Shown: piece by piece, positions 7,880-16,458 of the stretch
How positions within the stretch are numbered: the first letter of the stretch is position 1
How the letters are laid out: every line of letters begins with the position of its first letter
Assembly: GCA_963767005.1 (NCBI GenBank)
Contig: CAVYCN010000017.1
Span: 1 to 43,104, forward strand
DNA from: an uncultured Actinomycetes bacterium
GTDB lineage: Bacteria; Actinomycetota; Thermoleophilia; UBA2241
Direction: 5' to 3'
DNA: 43,104 nucleotides
Program-made: the position numbers and the translations under genes
The notes under the pieces: generated by a model
The model's database searches: none
Seen by the model: the letters and a program-made list of their open reading frames with translations, nothing else
What the model was told of the DNA's origin: nothing

Positions 7880-9298
7880 GTGGCTGGTGACGGGTGGGGC
7901 GGCGTGCAGGCGCCGCCGGTAGGGGCGCGGAGCTGGTGGCTCGACAGGGCGCTCGAAACCGACCCCGGTGCGCCCTGCCCGCCGCTCACGGGCACGGTCG
8001 ATGCCGACGTGTGCATCGTCGGTGGCGGCTTCGCCGGTCTGTGGACCGCCTGCGAGCTCACCGAGCGCGAGCCCAGCCTCTCCGTCGTGCTGCTCGAAGC
8101 CGCCGTCTGCGGCGCCGGCGGCAGCGGCGCCAACGGCGGCTTCTTCTCGTCGTCGTGGCTGAGCGTGGGCGAGATCTGCCGGCGCTTCGGCGACGAGGCC
8201 GGGCTGCGCTGGGCGACCGCCGTCGGCGACGCCGTCGACGAGCTCGGCGCCTGGTGCGAGCGCCACGGCGCCGACATCGAGCTCCACCACGAGGGCATCC
8301 TCTACGGCCAGGCCGGCGAGTGGCAGGCCGGACCCGACCGCGAGGCGATCGCCCTGCTCGAACGCCACGGCCTGGGCGAGCGCCTGCGGGCGCTCGACGC
8401 CGGCGCGGCGCGGCGCGTCGCAGACTCGCCGCGCTGGACCGCCGGCGCCTTCACCCCCGACCTCGCCACCGTGCAGCCGGCCAAGCTCGCCCGCGAGCTG
8501 CGTCGCGTGGCGCTCGAGCGCGGCGTGCACATCTGCGAGGGCTCGCGCATGGTGGCGCTGCGTCATGGCCGTCCGGCCGTGGTCGAGACCGCCGGCGGGT
8601 CGGTGCGCGCCGGCCAGGTCGTGCTGACCCACGGCGCCTGGGCCGTCGGCCAGCCCGACTTCGCCCGCGCCTTCGCGGTCGGCGTCGACTACATGGTCGT
8701 CACCGAACCCATCCCCGAGCTGCTCGAGAAGATCGGCTGGCACGGCAACGTCGGCCTCGCCGATCACCGCCAGATGCTCTACTACCTGCGCAAGACCGAG
8801 GACGGCCGCGTCGCGATCGGCGGTGGTGGCATGGCGCTCGCCTTCGGCTCCGGCATCGCCGGTCGGGTGCTCAGCTCGCAGCGCCTCGCCGACCGCGCGG
8901 CCGCGGGCCTCGGCTGGCTCTTCCCGGCCCTGGCCGGTGTGCGCTTCGAGCATGCCTGGAGCGGCCCCATGGACATGACCAGGTCGGGCCTGCCGTTCTT
9001 CTTCACGCTGCCGCAGGGCAACGTCCACGCCGGCCTGGGCTTCTCGGGTCACGGCCTGACCTCGACCAAGGTCGGCGGTCGCATCCTGGCGTCGCTCGTG
9101 CTCGGCACCGACGACGAGTACGTGCGCCTGCCGGTCGTGCGGCCGCCCGACCCGCTGCCGCCCGAGCCCCTGCGCTGGCCGATGGTGCGGATCGCCGAGT
9201 GGGCCTACGAGGCGAGCGACCGCGCCAGCGAGCGCGGCCGGCGCCGCCCGCCGCTGGTCGGCGCGGTCCTGTCGCTCGTCGAGCGCTACTCACGGTGA
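7880..9298 (+). CDS. FAD-dependent oxidoreductase, DAO/PuuB-OrdL-like
   Basis: DVCIVGGGFAGLWTA, GGSGANGG, VQPAKLA, AWSGPMD, GFSGHG; GGAGG SD before GTG 7880. Confidence 0.9.
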   Translation: MAGDGWGGVQAPPVGARSWWLDRALETDPGAPCPPLTGTVDADVCIVGGGFAGLWTACELTEREPSLSVVLLEAAVCGAGGSGANGGFFSSSWLSVGEICRRFGDEAGLRWATAVGDAVDELGAWCERHGADIELHHEGILYGQAGEWQAGPDREAIALLERHGLGERLRALDAGAARRVADSPRWTAGAFTPDLATVQPAKLARELRRVALERGVHICEGSRMVALRHGRPAVVETAGGSVRAGQVVLTHGAWAVGQPDFARAFAVGVDYMVVTEPIPELLEKIGWHGNVGLADHRQMLYYLRKTEDGRVAIGGGGMALAFGSGIAGRVLSSQRLADRAAAGLGWLFPALAGVRFEHAWSGPMDMTRSGLPFFFTLPQGNVHAGLGFSGHGLTSTKVGGRILASLVLGTDDEYVRLPVVRPPDPLPPEPLRWPMVRIAEWAYEASDRASERGRRRPPLVGAVLSLVERYSR

Positions 9299-9356
9299 GC
9301 GCGGCGGCGACAATGACCGCGCGCCTGCTCGAGCAGCCGGGTCGCGGGGTGGCGCG

Positions 9357-10007
9357 ATGACGCTGCGCCGGTTCGAGGATGCGGCGCTGGGGGTGCGGTT
9401 CGAGGTCGACGACGCCTTCGAGTCGGGGCCGCCGCCCGACCCACCGGGCGGCCTGCCGGGCAACGTCCGCGCCGCCTGTCTCGCGCGTCGCGACGACGCC
9501 GGCTCCGCGGTGCTGTCGATCGCGCGCGTCGAGGTGGGCTACGAGACCTCGCCTCAGGAGCTCGCCGAGCAGCTCGTGATTCACAACCGCTTCACCGCGC
9601 ACAGCGCCGAGCAGCGCGGCTGGACGCTCCACTCGCCCTGGAGGGCCGCGATGCTGGCCGGTTGCCCGGCGATGCACTGCGACTACGTCGTGCCGGCCGC
9701 CGACGCGGGAGCGCTCCCACACGGCGGGCCGGCGCCGGCGGCCGCGGGGGCCGGCTCGCCGCCACCGCCGCCGGCCGGCGCAGCGTCGCCTGTGCCGCCG
9801 GCCGTCCCAGCGCCCCCGGCGCTGCCGCTCGCCGGCGGCGACGTCGGGGCCGGTGCGCCCACTCACGTGCAGGCCTGGATCGTCTACGCGGGCCCGGTCA
9901 CCTGGCAGGTGATCCTGGGCGTCGACCCGCCCGGCGACCTCGACGCCAACCGCCGTGTGATGGATCAGGTCACGCGCTCGTTCGAGCTCTTCGAGCCGGC
10001 CGGGTAG
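9357..10007 (+). CDS. Hypothetical protein, PsbP/DcrB-like pattern with Pro/Ala insertion
   Basis: Coding-like codon use; FEDAALGVRFEV start, LAGCPA..DY, DQVTRSFEL end; fold is inferred. Confidence 0.6.
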   Translation: MTLRRFEDAALGVRFEVDDAFESGPPPDPPGGLPGNVRAACLARRDDAGSAVLSIARVEVGYETSPQELAEQLVIHNRFTAHSAEQRGWTLHSPWRAAMLAGCPAMHCDYVVPAADAGALPHGGPAPAAAGAGSPPPPPAGAASPVPPAVPAPPALPLAGGDVGAGAPTHVQAWIVYAGPVTWQVILGVDPPGDLDANRRVMDQVTRSFELFEPAG

Positions 10008-10020
10008 AGGCCGTCGCCTG

Positions 10021-10809
10021 GTGGGCCCCGATCCGGCCGAGGTCCCGCGGACTCCGATCCGCTACGAGCACCACGGCGCGACCTACGGCCGTACGCGGCG
10101 GCCCGACCCGCGCCTGGCGCGCTGGATCCGCGCCGGCCTGGGCAACGCGTGCAGCGTCCTGAACGTCGGTGCCGGGACGGGCTCGTACGAGCCCGACGAC
10201 CTCGAGGTGACGGCCGTCGAGCCGGCGGCCGAGATGATCGCGGCGCGGCCGCCCGCGGCCGCGCCGTGCGTGCGCGCCGCCGCCGAGTCGCTGCCGTTCC
10301 GCGACGACAGTTTCGACGCGGCCATGGGCGTGCTCACCATGCAGCACTGGGTCGACCTCGGCGCCGGCCTGCGCGAGCTGCGCCGCGTCGCCCGGCGGCG
10401 CGTCGTGCTGTTCACCTGGGTCCCCGAGATCGACGACGACCTCTGGCTCACGCGCGACTACCTGCCGGCCATCCGTGCGCGCGACCACGCCATCTTTCCG
10501 ACCATCCGGGCGATCGTCGAGGGCCTCGGGCCCTGCAGCCCGGTGGTCGAGACCGTGCCGGTGCCGCACGACTGCGTCGACGGTTTTCTGGGCGCCTACT
10601 GGCGCCGGCCCGAGGCCTACCTCGACCCGGTGGTGCAGAAGGGCATCTCGAGCTTCGTCGAGCTCGGCCGCGAGCTGCTCGACCCCGGCCTCGCGCGGCT
10701 GGCCACCGATCTCGAGAGCGGCGCCTGGCGGCGCCGCTACGCCGACCTGCTCGAGCTCGAGCAGATGGACCTCGCCTACCGGCTCATCACCGCGCACCTG
10801 ACGGACTGA
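10021..10809 (+). CDS. Class I SAM-dependent methyltransferase
   Basis: VLNVGAGTGSY, AVEP, AESLPFRDDSFDA, DGFLGAYWRRPEAYLD. Confidence 0.9.
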   Translation: MGPDPAEVPRTPIRYEHHGATYGRTRRPDPRLARWIRAGLGNACSVLNVGAGTGSYEPDDLEVTAVEPAAEMIAARPPAAAPCVRAAAESLPFRDDSFDAAMGVLTMQHWVDLGAGLRELRRVARRRVVLFTWVPEIDDDLWLTRDYLPAIRARDHAIFPTIRAIVEGLGPCSPVVETVPVPHDCVDGFLGAYWRRPEAYLDPVVQKGISSFVELGRELLDPGLARLATDLESGAWRRRYADLLELEQMDLAYRLITAHLTD

Positions 10810-10905
10810 GCGGCGAGCCCCCCACGACAGGCAGAGGCTCCCAGGCGCGAGGGCCTTGCCTTTGTTCGCAACGCACGGCGCCCGTTCGCCGGTACTGTCT
10901 TGTCC

Positions 10906-11022
10906 GTGCCGTTGCTTCTGCGAGAATCGACGCAACCCTGCCGCAGGGGAACCGACGTGTCCCCGCAGTGGAAAGCAACGATTCGCGAGCAGGTCGGGAC
11001 GAGGGAATCATCCGTACGATGA
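10906..11022 (+). CDS. Candidate leaderless uORF (38 codons) coupled to the GNAT gene
   Basis: TACTGT 7 nt upstream of GTG 10906; TGA overlaps the GNAT ATG (ATGA). Confidence 0.3.
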   Translation: MPLLLRESTQPCRRGTDVSPQWKATIREQVGTRESSVR

Positions 11023-11648
11023 ACGGACTGGGACGGGCGCCGGAGACCATAGGGACGGAGCGGCTCGTCGGCCGGCGCCTGACGCCGGCCGACGAGCCGC
11101 TCTTCCTCGACTTTCACCGCGACCCGCGCGTGGTCGCCTGGCTGGGTGGCGGCGAGGCCGAGGTCAGTGGCGAGGAGAACCGCGAGTGGCTCGACGACAA
11201 GCTGTGCCACTGGGACGAGCACGGCTTCGGGCTGTACGCGTTGTTCGAGCGTGATGCGAGCGGGTCGCCGGTCGGCGCGCCGGCGAACGGCTCGCCCGAG
11301 AGCGCGCCGCCGGCCTGCGCGCCGGCCGCCCGTCTCGTTGGTCGCGCCGGCCTGCAGCAGGTCGACGCCGACATCGGCGAGCTGATCGGCGATCCCGCCG
11401 CCGTCGAGCTCATGTACGCGCTGGCTTACGAGGCGTGGGGGAGAGGCTTCGCCACCGAGGTCGCCCGAGAGCTGGTGCGGGTGGCGCGCGACGATCTCGG
11501 CTGCGCCGAGATCGTCGCCGACACCGTGCCGCACAACGAGCGCTCGCGGCGCGTCATGGAGCGTCTCGGCTTTGCCTACGAGCGCGACATCTGGCACGAC
11601 GACCACGCCATGGTGCTCTACCGCAAGCGCCTCGTCGAGACCGGGTGA
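11019..11648 (+). CDS. GNAT acetyltransferase, RimJ/RimL family
   Basis: TERLVGRRL, HWDEHGFG, AWGRGFATE, HNERSRRVMERLGF. Confidence 0.9.
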   Translation: MNGLGRAPETIGTERLVGRRLTPADEPLFLDFHRDPRVVAWLGGGEAEVSGEENREWLDDKLCHWDEHGFGLYALFERDASGSPVGAPANGSPESAPPACAPAARLVGRAGLQQVDADIGELIGDPAAVELMYALAYEAWGRGFATEVARELVRVARDDLGCAEIVADTVPHNERSRRVMERLGFAYERDIWHDDHAMVLYRKRLVETG

Positions 11649-11664
11649 GGGTGAGGGGAGCGCG

Positions 11665-12138
11665 ATGCCCAGGGTCGTAAGCGCCGGACTGCTCATGTAC
11701 CGCCTGCGCGAGCAGGTCCTCGAGGTGCTGCTCGCGCACCCGGGCGGGCCGTTCTTCGAACGTCGCGACCTGGGCGTCTGGTCGATCCCCAAGGGCGAGC
11801 TCGGACCCGACGAGGACGCGCTCACCGCCGCCCGGCGCGAGTTCGCCGAGGAGACCGGACTCGAATCGTGGGGCCCCTACGTGCCGCTCGGCGCCGTCAA
11901 GTACAAGAACCACAAGGTCGTGCACGCCTGGGCTTTCGCGGGCGACTGGGACCCGGCCGTCCTGGTGAGCAACACGTTCGAGCTCGAGTGGCCGCGGCGG
12001 TCGGGCCGGACGCTGGTCGTGCCCGAGATCGACCGCGCCGCATGGTTCACGCTGGCCGAGGCGCAGGAGCGCATCCTGCCGGCGCAGCGGCGCTTTCTGT
12101 TCGATCTCGAGGCGGTGGTCGACGTGGCGCGTCGCTGA
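11665..12138 (+). CDS. NUDIX hydrolase
   Basis: SAGLLMYR, HPGGPF, WSIPKGE...AARREFAEETG Nudix box, PEIDRAAWF. Confidence 0.92.
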   Translation: MPRVVSAGLLMYRLREQVLEVLLAHPGGPFFERRDLGVWSIPKGELGPDEDALTAARREFAEETGLESWGPYVPLGAVKYKNHKVVHAWAFAGDWDPAVLVSNTFELEWPRRSGRTLVVPEIDRAAWFTLAEAQERILPAQRRFLFDLEAVVDVARR

Positions 12139-12195
12139 AAAGGGCGCCGCCGGCGCTCCATACCTACCGGCCCGCGCGCGTCGGCGCGAAGGCTT

Positions 12196-13065
12196 CTAGA
12201 CCGCGCGGTGCGCCGGCTGGGCGTCGCCGACGCCGGGTGGGCCGTCGAGCTCGGCGTCGGGGTCGACGTGGGGCATGTGCGGCTTGCCGGCGATCAGGTC
12301 GAAGAACGCGTGCCGGCCGGCCCGCACGTACGCCGCCAGGCGCTGGTCGCGGCGCAGCGCGCGCTTCTGCTTGACCGGTCCGTAGTGGCGAAACCAGGGC
12401 GAGTTCGGCTTGGCCAGGCGGGCCGCGCCGACCAGCGCGAGCAGCGGCACGAAGCAGCCGAGCACGCCGGTCCAGACCTTGCCCTTGAGAAAGCAGACGA
12501 CGGCGAGCGCCACGGTGGCGGTGATCAGGAGCGTGACCGCCCAGCCGCCGAGCCGGGTCAGCGTGCTGGCGCCGGCCAGGTTGAAGGGCTGCAGGCCGCC
12601 GAGGAACAGCAGGGCGACCGTGGTCGTGATGATCACGGCGTCGACCGACACCCGCCCCTGCTCGTACCAGTAGACGTCCTCGAGGTGCAGCAGCAGGGCG
12701 AACTCGTCGAGCGTGAGCGCCACGCCGCCGCCGAAGGCGACCGCGCCGGCGATACCCCAGAAGCCGTGCGGCTCCATGGCGATGGTGGCGAGGCCCGAGA
12801 CCACCATGATGACGACGCCCACGACCATGTGGTGGAGGTGCACGCCGCCGGGGTGCAGCTCGCGGAACCACCAGCGCACCTCGGCGCGGATCAGACGCGT
12901 GTTCATGCGGATGCCGAGGAAGGTGCAAAGCAGCCCGCCGGTGAAGGCGATCAGGTGGTTGCGACCGGCACTCGGCTCAAAGGAGCCGAGCAGCGAGATC
13001 AGGCTCGCGACAGACACGGGTGCTGGGAGGCTGGAGAGCGTTCCATCGTGTACAGAATAGCGCAT
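12196..13065 (-). CDS. Integral membrane protein (actinobacterial conserved type)
   Basis: Several TM helices; GGVHLHH, LTLDEFALLLHLEDVYW, RLAKPNSPW; start uncertain (13065 or 13017). Confidence 0.8.
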   Translation of the reverse strand: MRYSVHDGTLSSLPAPVSVASLISLLGSFEPSAGRNHLIAFTGGLLCTFLGIRMNTRLIRAEVRWWFRELHPGGVHLHHMVVGVVIMVVSGLATIAMEPHGFWGIAGAVAFGGGVALTLDEFALLLHLEDVYWYEQGRVSVDAVIITTTVALLFLGGLQPFNLAGASTLTRLGGWAVTLLITATVALAVVCFLKGKVWTGVLGCFVPLLALVGAARLAKPNSPWFRHYGPVKQKRALRRDQRLAAYVRAGRHAFFDLIAGKPHMPHVDPDAELDGPPGVGDAQPAHRAV

Positions 13066-13139
13066 CGCTTGCGGTGTCGCCGCTCCGCCGTTCGCCGACC
13101 TGGACAACCGGCAGGCCCGACTGGCGCCCTTTTCTTGGC

Positions 13140-13167
13140 TTGACATTCGCGACCCCTGTACTACCGT
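13140..13167 (+). promoter_or_regulatory. sigmaA promoter for the APC permease
   Basis: TTGACA-16-TACCGT. Confidence 0.55.
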
Positions 13168-13304
13168 CGGCCCACGTGCAGCCGCCACCCGGCGGCCGTT
13201 GTAGAAGGGGCTGTCGCCGCATTTCCACCGAGCTGGCGTCAGTGGCGGCGTGGCCGCCTACCTGGGGGAACGCGTCGGCTCCTGGCCGGCGGAAGGGAGG
13301 TACG

Positions 13305-14840
13305 GTGGACACAACGTCCGTCACGAGCGTCGAGCCCGTTGCCGGTCCGCCACAGGGTGGCGAGAGCGCCAAGGGTCTGAACTCGGGTGCCCTCGGACTC
13401 TTCGCCAGCGTGGTGATCGGCGTCGCTTCGGTGGCGCCGGCCTACAGCCTGGCGGCGACCGTCGGTCTGCTCGTCGCCATCAAGACTATCGGTCTGGCGT
13501 CGCCCTTCATCTTCATCGTGGGCTTCATCCCGATGGTGCTGGTGGCGTCGGGCTTCTACTACATGAACCAGGCCGACCCAGACTGCGGCGAGACCTTCAT
13601 CTGGACCTCGCGCGCCTTCGGGGCGCCGCTCGGCTGGATCATCGGCTTCGCCGCCGTGGCGTCGTCGGTCATCGTCATGTCCAACCTCGTGTACATCGCC
13701 GCCCAGTACATGTTCTACATGGTCGGCCTGAACAGCGCGGGCGACTCGACCCTCTGGACGACGGTCGGTGGCGTGGCCTGGATCGTGGTCGTCGGCGTGT
13801 TCGTGGCGATCGGCATCAAGGTCTCGGCCAAGGCACAGTACGTGCTCATGGGGCTGCAGATGATCCCCATGGTGATCTTCACCGCCTGGGCGCTGATCAA
13901 GGGCTACGCCACCCACCCCCAGGGCTTCGCTCCGCTGCGCCTGTCGTGGTTCTTCACCACGCACGTGTCGGCCCACGCGCTCGCCGCCGGGGTCGTGCTG
14001 GCCGTATTCCTGTACTGGGGCTGGGACACCGTGCTCGCCGTGAACGAAGAGAGCGAGGATTCGTCGCACATGCCGGGCGTCTCGGCTGTCCTCAACACGG
14101 TCATCCTCGTCCTGATGTACGTGATCATCACCGCCGCCATGCAGTGCTACCACGGCGCCGGGTTCCTGGCGAACAACTCCGACGACGTCTTCAGCCCGCT
14201 CGCCAGGGACGTCATGGGCGGCACGTGGGACCGCCTCGTCTTCCTCTGCCTGCTCACCTCGGGTGCCGCCTCGGCGCTCACGACGCTGCTGCCGCTCACC
14301 CGCCAGACCCTGTCGATGGCGGCTCACAAGTCATTGCCGGCCATCTTCGGTCGCATCCATCCCAAGTACCTCACTCCGTTCTGGGGCACGGTCATCCTCG
14401 CTGCGCTCTCGATCCTCTGGTACGTGCTCGTGACCATCTGGAACGCGAACGCCATCTGGGACGCGATCTCGGCGCTCGGCATCATGGTCTGCATCGCCTA
14501 TGGCGGCACCGGCCTTGCCTGCACGTTCTACTACCGCAAGGAGCTCCTGAAGAGCGCCAAGAACTTCCTCCTGATGGGTGTAGCGCCGACCGTCGGCGCG
14601 ATCATGTTCGGGGCGATCCTCGTGAAGGTGCTCTACGACGACTACAACCCCGTCAACAGCTACACGAGCTTCCACGGCATCGGCGGCATCTTCCTGATGG
14701 GCGTCGGCACCATGATCGTGGGCGTGATCCTCATGGCCATCATGTGGATCTACAAGCCCGAGTTCTTCCGCCGCGGGCCCGAGACCTGGCCGGGCGAGGG
14801 GCAGCCCATCCCGTACGCCGACGAGCGGGTGAGCGAGTAA
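13305..14840 (+). CDS. APC-family amino acid/polyamine permease
   Basis: About 12 TM helices; GVASVAPAYSLA, PDCGETF, FLYWGWD...VNEE; GGAGG SD before GTG 13305. Confidence 0.92.
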   Translation: MDTTSVTSVEPVAGPPQGGESAKGLNSGALGLFASVVIGVASVAPAYSLAATVGLLVAIKTIGLASPFIFIVGFIPMVLVASGFYYMNQADPDCGETFIWTSRAFGAPLGWIIGFAAVASSVIVMSNLVYIAAQYMFYMVGLNSAGDSTLWTTVGGVAWIVVVGVFVAIGIKVSAKAQYVLMGLQMIPMVIFTAWALIKGYATHPQGFAPLRLSWFFTTHVSAHALAAGVVLAVFLYWGWDTVLAVNEESEDSSHMPGVSAVLNTVILVLMYVIITAAMQCYHGAGFLANNSDDVFSPLARDVMGGTWDRLVFLCLLTSGAASALTTLLPLTRQTLSMAAHKSLPAIFGRIHPKYLTPFWGTVILAALSILWYVLVTIWNANAIWDAISALGIMVCIAYGGTGLACTFYYRKELLKSAKNFLLMGVAPTVGAIMFGAILVKVLYDDYNPVNSYTSFHGIGGIFLMGVGTMIVGVILMAIMWIYKPEFFRRGPETWPGEGQPIPYADERVSE

Positions 14841-14867
14841 CCCCCGCCGTCCACAAGGCCCCGCAGC

Positions 14868-14907
14868 CGTGCGCCGGACGTCGCCTGCAGGCGACGTCCG
14901 GCGCACG
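14868..14907. repeat. Perfect 40-bp palindrome; probable terminator hairpin
   Basis: CGTGCGCCGGACGTCGCCTG|CAGGCGACGTCCGGCGCACG. Confidence 0.85.
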
Positions 14908-15049
14908 CCATCTCAGGCGGCCGCCGGTGCGTGCGGTGTCCGGCGGCCCCGAGCTTGCCGGCGTGGCGCCGCCGCGTCCACGTGTCGGCGCGACAGCGCC
15001 TGGGTACCGTTGGGGCCATGACGGAGCCGGGGAGCCGCGGTGTCGGTTG

Positions 15050-15078
15050 TCGACGCTGCTTGCGGTGTCGTGTATACT
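15050..15078 (+). promoter_or_regulatory. sigmaA promoter of the infC operon
   Basis: TCGACG-17-TATACT. Confidence 0.7.
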
Positions 15079-15084
15079 GCCGAT

Positions 15085-15190
15085 TCGCGATATGAGCAGA
15101 AGCGACCGCTTCTCACCCTGCACCGCTTGGTCGACAGGGTCCACGAATAGGGAAGGAGACCGGTAGGGACGCTTCGGCGACCCTTTTTCT
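15085..15190 (+). ncRNA. L20 ribosomal leader (attenuator) upstream of infC-rpmI-rplT
   Basis: AGCAGAAGCGACCGCTTCTCACCCTG...CAGGGT resembles the Bacillus-type L20 leader; terminator AGGGACGC-TTCG-GCGACCCT-TTTT at 15165-15188. Confidence 0.75.
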
Positions 15191-15748
15191 ATGGGAAAGC
15201 CGTTCTACCCACGAGACAGGGATAGGCCCAAAGGGCCCGACACCCGTATCCGCATCAATGATGGTATCTACGCCGACCGTGTCCGGCTGATCGACGAAAA
15301 CGGCGCGCAGATGGGCATCAAGACCATCCGCGAGGCGCAGGACTATGCGGCCTCTCACAACCTCGACCTGGTCGAGGTCGCGCCGCAGGCCGATCCGCCC
15401 GTCTGCCGGATCATGAACTTCAGCAAGTACCGCTACGAGCTCGAGCTCAAGGCGAAGCAGGCGCGCAAGCATCAGAGCAACATCGTCATCAAGGAGATCA
15501 AGTTCCGGCCCAAGATCGACGCCCACGACTACGCCACCAAGAAGGGCCACGTCGTGCGGTTCCTCGAGCACAAGGACAAGGTGAAGGTGACGATCATGTT
15601 CCGCGGCCGCGAGCTGGTGCACCCCGAGCGGGGCGAGCAGCTCCTCATGCGGCTGGCCGAGGAGCTCAAGGAGCTCGCGACGATCGAGTCGATGCCGAAC
15701 CTCGACGGTCGCAACATGGTCATGATGCTGGCGCCCGTGAAGTCGTAA
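15191..15748 (+). CDS. infC: Translation initiation factor IF-3
   Basis: [47 protein letters not shown]. Confidence 0.97.
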   Translation: MGKPFYPRDRDRPKGPDTRIRINDGIYADRVRLIDENGAQMGIKTIREAQDYAASHNLDLVEVAPQADPPVCRIMNFSKYRYELELKAKQARKHQSNIVIKEIKFRPKIDAHDYATKKGHVVRFLEHKDKVKVTIMFRGRELVHPERGEQLLMRLAEELKELATIESMPNLDGRNMVMMLAPVKS

Positions 15749-15761
15749 GGAGAGGGTGCGC

Positions 15762-15959
15762 ATGCCGAAGATGAAGACCCATAGCGCGAGCAAGAAGCGC
15801 TTCCGCCTGACCGCGGGCGGCAAGGTCGTGCGCCGCAAGGCCTTCAAGAGCCACATCCTCGAAAAGAAGAGCCCCAAGCGCAAGCGCGGTTTTCGCAAGA
15901 ACGACATGGTCGGTCAGAGCGACCGGCGAGAAGTCCTCACGCTGCTCGGCAAGCGGTAA
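15762..15959 (+). CDS. rpmI: 50S ribosomal protein L35
   Basis: [17 protein letters not shown]...[12 protein letters not shown]. Confidence 0.97.
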   Translation: MPKMKTHSASKKRFRLTAGGKVVRRKAFKSHILEKKSPKRKRGFRKNDMVGQSDRREVLTLLGKR

Positions 15960-16031
15960 GCAGCCCGTGAGGGAGCGGGGCGGCCGCCGGGCGGCGCCGG
16001 CCCACGCTGTAGCGATTCAAGGAGTACGGAC

Positions 16032-16406
16032 ATGCCTCGAGTAAAGCGAAGCGTCAACGCGCGCAAGAAGCGCCGCAAGGTCCTCGAGCAGGCCAAGGGA
16101 TACCGGGGCGCCAAGCACTCGAGCTACCGTCGCGCCAAGGAACAGGTCCAGCGCAGCCTCAAGTACGCCTACCGCGACCGCCGCGTGCGCAAGCGTGAGT
16201 TCCGCAAGCTGTGGATCGTGCGCATCAACGCCGGCGCTCGCGAGCACGGCCTCTCGTACAATGCCTTCATGCACGGCCTGAAGCTCGCCGAGATCGAGCT
16301 CGACCGCAAGGTCCTGGCCGACATGGCGGTGGCCGACCCGGCGTCCTTCGCCACCCTCGTCGAGCAGGCCCGCGCGGCCCTCGCCGCCGCGGCCGAAGCC
16401 GCCTGA
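16032..16406 (+). CDS. rplT: 50S ribosomal protein L20
   Basis: [40 protein letters not shown]. Confidence 0.98.
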   Translation: MPRVKRSVNARKKRRKVLEQAKGYRGAKHSSYRRAKEQVQRSLKYAYRDRRVRKREFRKLWIVRINAGAREHGLSYNAFMHGLKLAEIELDRKVLADMAVADPASFATLVEQARAALAAAAEAA

Positions 16407-16458
16407 GCCGCGGCCTCGGGCACGCGGCGCACGTGAGGCAGGTCGACGGCGTGGGGTT

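Noticed and set aside
7148-9052. Long antisense or alternative-frame ORFs (also 18512-21157, 34490-37354, 34810-37299, 13250-15166 and many others)
   Set aside because: Shadows of well-supported genes in GC-rich DNA; Arg/Ala/Pro-rich with no family motifs
13168-13304. Riboswitch in the long permease leader
   Set aside because: No recognisable glycine, lysine, SAM, guanidine or T-box motifs; the leader is also open in frame with the permease. An Rfam scan would settle it
16400-16410. Programmed +1 frameshift fusing rplT to the TrmH frame
   Set aside because: The frame is open, but GCC TGA gives no cognate re-pairing and there is no stimulatory SD
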